The notes under the pieces are model-generated. The model was given only the letters and a program-made list of their open reading frames with translations. It did no database searches and was not told where the DNA came from. A stretch of 64,000 nucleotides of DNA from Pelagomonas calceolata (lineage: Eukaryota), in the NCBI GenBank assembly GCA_918797485.1, contig CAKKNE010000004.1, positions 2,852,001 through 2,916,000 of the forward strand, written 5' to 3'. Shown here in pieces: positions 61,069 through 64,000 of the stretch; position 1 is the first letter of the stretch; each line of letters opens with the position of its first letter. Position numbers and translations under genes: made by a program.

Positions 61069-62649
61069 TTAAAAATCCTCCCGCGACTCCTCGACCAGGT
61101 CCACGTACGTGAAGCCGCCCTCGACGCGCGGCCCCGACGCCACCACAAAACGCGCGCGCGCCGAGGCGACGATCTCTTGCGTATCCGGGAAGCACGAGTA
61201 GTCCTCGACGGCCCGGCCGTGCTTTAAGCGCAGGCGGAGTATCACGTCGGTGGTCGTATCCGCGACGGCCGTGGCCGTCGCGAGGTCCGCGGTGACGCTG
61301 AAGAATGCTCCGTACTGGATCCTTCCACCCACCGGGTAATTCGACAACTGCAGCCGGTCGGGGCACACTCGATAAAACAGACCACTCATATCCGGGAGCC
61401 GGGTGAGGGCCGCCATCAGATAGTACAGGACGCCGCCCCACCGCTGCACAAGCTCCCGTCGCCCTCGCCGGTTCCGGAGCGCCCGATTCACCTCCTCATA
61501 GAATTGCCCAGCGGGCGAGCCGCTCTGGTTGTCATACGTGTAGGCCACAAGCGCCAGTAGCTCGTCGTCGTCGAGGAGCACGGGCGTGTCAAGGCGCAAC
61601 TCACCCGTCCGCCGGAGGCAGTCGCCCACCAAGCCAGAGGGGATGGAGCCCCGCGCCTCGAGGCGCTCGAGCTCCTCCCGACACGACGTGCCGGGATCCT
61701 TCAGCGTGAGCGGCGGCAGCAGGGACGTCTCCTCCGCGACTGGTTTCAATCTATGGTGGAGCTGCCCGGCAGGCGGGGCGTAGTCCTCCTCGTCGCTGTC
61801 GACCTGGACGCTCGGCCAGCGGCGTCGCGTCGGCGACGCTGATGCGGACGAAATTGTCCCCGGCGACGGCGGCGAGGCTGGCGCGTCCGACTGCCGTGCG
61901 CGAGGAGGAGGCGAGGCCGGCGCGTCGTCGGCGTCCACGACCTCCTGCGGCGAGCCGCAGCCGAAGAAGTCGATGGCGCCGGCGAGCGCGCCGGGCAGCG
62001 TCGCCGGGCTGTTCGACCGCGAAGGCGGGCCGTCCGAGGCGTCGGTTCTAGGAGACCCGCAGAGGCCCATGGCGCCGGCTAATTCATCCGCTGGCGTCGG
62101 CCCGGCGACGCCCGACGGCGGCGAGCTCACCTCGACGCGGTCGACGGTGATGTCGACGATGGGCGACTTGGGCGGCGGCGGCGGCGGGTCGCCGCGCGCG
62201 AAGGCGTCGAGCAGCTCGACGACGTCTGTATGACCGTGGATCTTCGCGATCTCGCGCGCGAAGGCCGTCTCGGCGCCGCGCGAGAAGCCCCGCGCGAGGA
62301 GCAGCGCGACGATGTCTGCGTGGCCGCCGCGCGCCGCCGTGTTCAACGCACTCAAACCAGATGTCGTCGGCGTCGCGATCGACGCCCCGCGCTCGATCAG
62401 CAGCTCGCAGACGTCAAGCCGCCCGTTCTGGCAGGCGACGAGGAGCGGCGTCGTGCCGTCGCGCTCGCGGTCGACGGCGGCGCCCCGCAGCAGCAGGAGC
62501 TTGGCGCACTGGTAGTGGCCGCCGGCACATGCGTACCACAGCGGGCTGCCCCCCGCCTCCCCCTCGTCGTCGACGCGGCAGCCCTCCGCGTCGAGGAGGC
62601 GTCGCACGTCGTTCGTGCGGCCGCTGCGGGCGGCGGCGACGAGCTCCAT
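61069..62649 (-). CDS. Ankyrin-repeat protein with C-terminal mono-ADP-ribosyltransferase-like domain
   Basis: Ankyrin repeats (GGSPLWYACAGGH, GTTPLLVACQNGR, GLSALNTAARGGH); ART-like AYTY...FYEEVNRALR...LFYRV...FFSVT...YSCFPDTQEIV. The ORF-track start (GTG 62757) lies in the intergenic motif, so ATG 62649 is preferred. Confidence 0.82.
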   Translation of the reverse strand: MELVAAARSGRTNDVRRLLDAEGCRVDDEGEAGGSPLWYACAGGHYQCAKLLLLRGAAVDRERDGTTPLLVACQNGRLDVCELLIERGASIATPTTSGLSALNTAARGGHADIVALLLARGFSRGAETAFAREIAKIHGHTDVVELLDAFARGDPPPPPPKSPIVDITVDRVEVSSPPSGVAGPTPADELAGAMGLCGSPRTDASDGPPSRSNSPATLPGALAGAIDFFGCGSPQEVVDADDAPASPPPRARQSDAPASPPSPGTISSASASPTRRRWPSVQVDSDEEDYAPPAGQLHHRLKPVAEETSLLPPLTLKDPGTSCREELERLEARGSIPSGLVGDCLRRTGELRLDTPVLLDDDELLALVAYTYDNQSGSPAGQFYEEVNRALRNRRGRRELVQRWGGVLYYLMAALTRLPDMSGLFYRVCPDRLQLSNYPVGGRIQYGAFFSVTADLATATAVADTTTDVILRLRLKHGRAVEDYSCFPDTQEIVASARARFVVASGPRVEGGFTYVDLVEESREDF

Positions 62650-62862
62650 TCTTGTTTGACGGGGCAGCCCTAGGTTGCGTTCCTCCCCTTTTGGCTGTGA
62701 TTTATCCTCGGGAGAGCACCCGGGAATCCGGATTTTCGGGAGAGTGGCAGAGCTCACTAGTGTGTCGACACGCTAGCTCCGACCTACGACTTGATTAGAG
62801 CTACTTGAGTCCTAGCACCGTAACAATGTGCAGTACAGGAAGGTGGCTACACAAAAACAGAA

Positions 62863-63591
62863 TTACCCAGAACCAGCCTCGACCTCCGCCTTGCTCCGCT
62901 CCATCACCCCCATGAGATCCGTCGCAGCCCTGACGACGGCACCCGGCGGCGCCTGGCCGCGGCCCTCGAGGAACTTGAGGTACGCGACGAACGCGTCGGC
63001 GGCGTCGCTCGCGCAGACGAAGCGCGCCCAGGCGTGCGGCGCGGCCGCGGCCTCGGCGCGCCGCGCGACCGCGCGGCCGAGGAGCGAGAACGTCTGCGAG
63101 TGGACCGCCATCTGCAAAAAAGCCGAGCGCCGCTCGTCGCCGTCGCAGGCGTCGCGCGCGACGGCGGGCGCCGGCAGCGCGAGCCGCACCTGCAGCGCGC
63201 GGTCCGCGTACTGGACCATGGCCGCGACGACGCTCTCGATCGACGCGTCCGGGATCGCGCCGCCGGCCAGCGCCGCCGCGAATCCAAACACCGCGCGGTC
63301 GTAGTAGCGCAGCACCGCGCGCCGGCCTGCGGCGTCGTCCGCCGGCGCGCGCGCGTCGAGCGCCACGGCCATCTTCGCGTCGCGCGTCGCCTCGAGGGCG
63401 CGGCCCCGGGCCGCCGACTTCGCGTCTCTTTCTGCGCGGCGCTGGGCCGCTTCGTCGTCGGTTGTGTCCGTGCCGTTCAGGACTTCCTGCAAAGCTTTTT
63501 CAGCGGCCGCATCGGTCACCTCTAGTGCGGCCATGGCGGCGCCCAGCTGACCTATCGGGGCGAGCAGCTCGTCCATTTGGTCGCGGTCCAT
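62863..63591 (-). CDS. Hypothetical helical protein
   Basis: 242-aa ORF with ATG start and GC3-biased codons. Confidence 0.65.
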   Translation of the reverse strand: MDRDQMDELLAPIGQLGAAMAALEVTDAAAEKALQEVLNGTDTTDDEAAQRRAERDAKSAARGRALEATRDAKMAVALDARAPADDAAGRRAVLRYYDRAVFGFAAALAGGAIPDASIESVVAAMVQYADRALQVRLALPAPAVARDACDGDERRSAFLQMAVHSQTFSLLGRAVARRAEAAAAPHAWARFVCASDAADAFVAYLKFLEGRGQAPPGAVVRAATDLMGVMERSKAEVEAGSG

Positions 63592-63919
63592 TGTTGTACA
63601 GGGGGCTCTGGCCTAGCTCCAGCTATGCGCTAAGGCTTCCAGCTGGACGCGGAGCAGCTAAGTAGCGTTGCTGTCGCCTGCCTGACAACGCCGAAGAGTG
63701 CGCGCTTCCTGTCCTGCCTACAAAAAGCGCCGGCGCCGTGATTTTCTCGCGCTAGCGACACAGTAAGACACTAGGAAGCGAAGCGCTTTTGGGCAAAGGA
63801 GCTGTTAAAGAAGCAGTTACGCGCGTGAAAACGCGCCACGCAGCGTCTCTACAGCAGCGCTACAAACGCAGGAAACCGCGACAAAGACGCGAAAGGCAGC
63901 GCACGAGCACCCTTGCAGC

Positions 63920-64000
63920 ATGGCCAAGACCAGTGCTTCCGCACTCGTTTGGGCCCTCGCGGCCGCGCGCGGATGGGCGCTCGTGGCGCCGAGCGCCGCG
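63920..64000 (+). CDS. 5' fragment of a signal-peptide-bearing protein, runs off the right edge
   Basis: MAKTSASALVWALAAARGWALVAPSAA. Confidence 0.5.
   Translation, partial: MAKTSASALVWALAAARGWALVAPSAA

Noticed and set aside
16692..63774. CTAG motif as CRISPR repeats or Helitron 3' ends
   Set aside because: Copies are dispersed kilobases apart with no spacer array or cas genes, and I saw no shared subterminal hairpin or flanking homology.

Overview
A gene-dense, GC-rich eukaryotic chromosome segment, most likely from a pelagophyte alga (Pelagomonas/Aureococcus-like; inferred from the chlorophyll a/c light-harvesting gene, plastid-type presequences, flagellar genes and introner-type introns). 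It carries about 30 protein genes: a >8 kb Hydin CDS running off the left edge (absent from the ORF track), mitochondrial carrier, RING-type SNF2 ATPase, COG5, LSM8, Ariadne E3 ligase, CTP-dependent lipid kinase, Fringe-like glycosyltransferase, LHC, FAD oxidase, amidoligase, PGK, HCF107/Mbb1-like protein, P450, kinesin, LL-DAP aminotransferase, PACRG, an adenylate kinase-Nudix fusion and an ankyrin-ADP-ribosyltransferase. Non-coding highlights: (1) a family of short TIR elements (CTGTGTGGAAATCAA...TTGATTTCCACACAG) that form spliceosomal introns, one with a perfect 8-bp target duplication; (2) a complete tRNA-Arg(CCT) gene filling most of a 114-nt intron with introner-like borders; (3) a ~22-bp CTAG-bounded motif in most promoter-side intergenic gaps (11 good copies); (4) a paralog pair with conserved membrane anchor and UTR elements but different C-termini; (5) a ~1.45 kb ORF-free island of atypical composition. 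All calls were made by eye from motifs; no searches were run, and introns are predicted, not observed.
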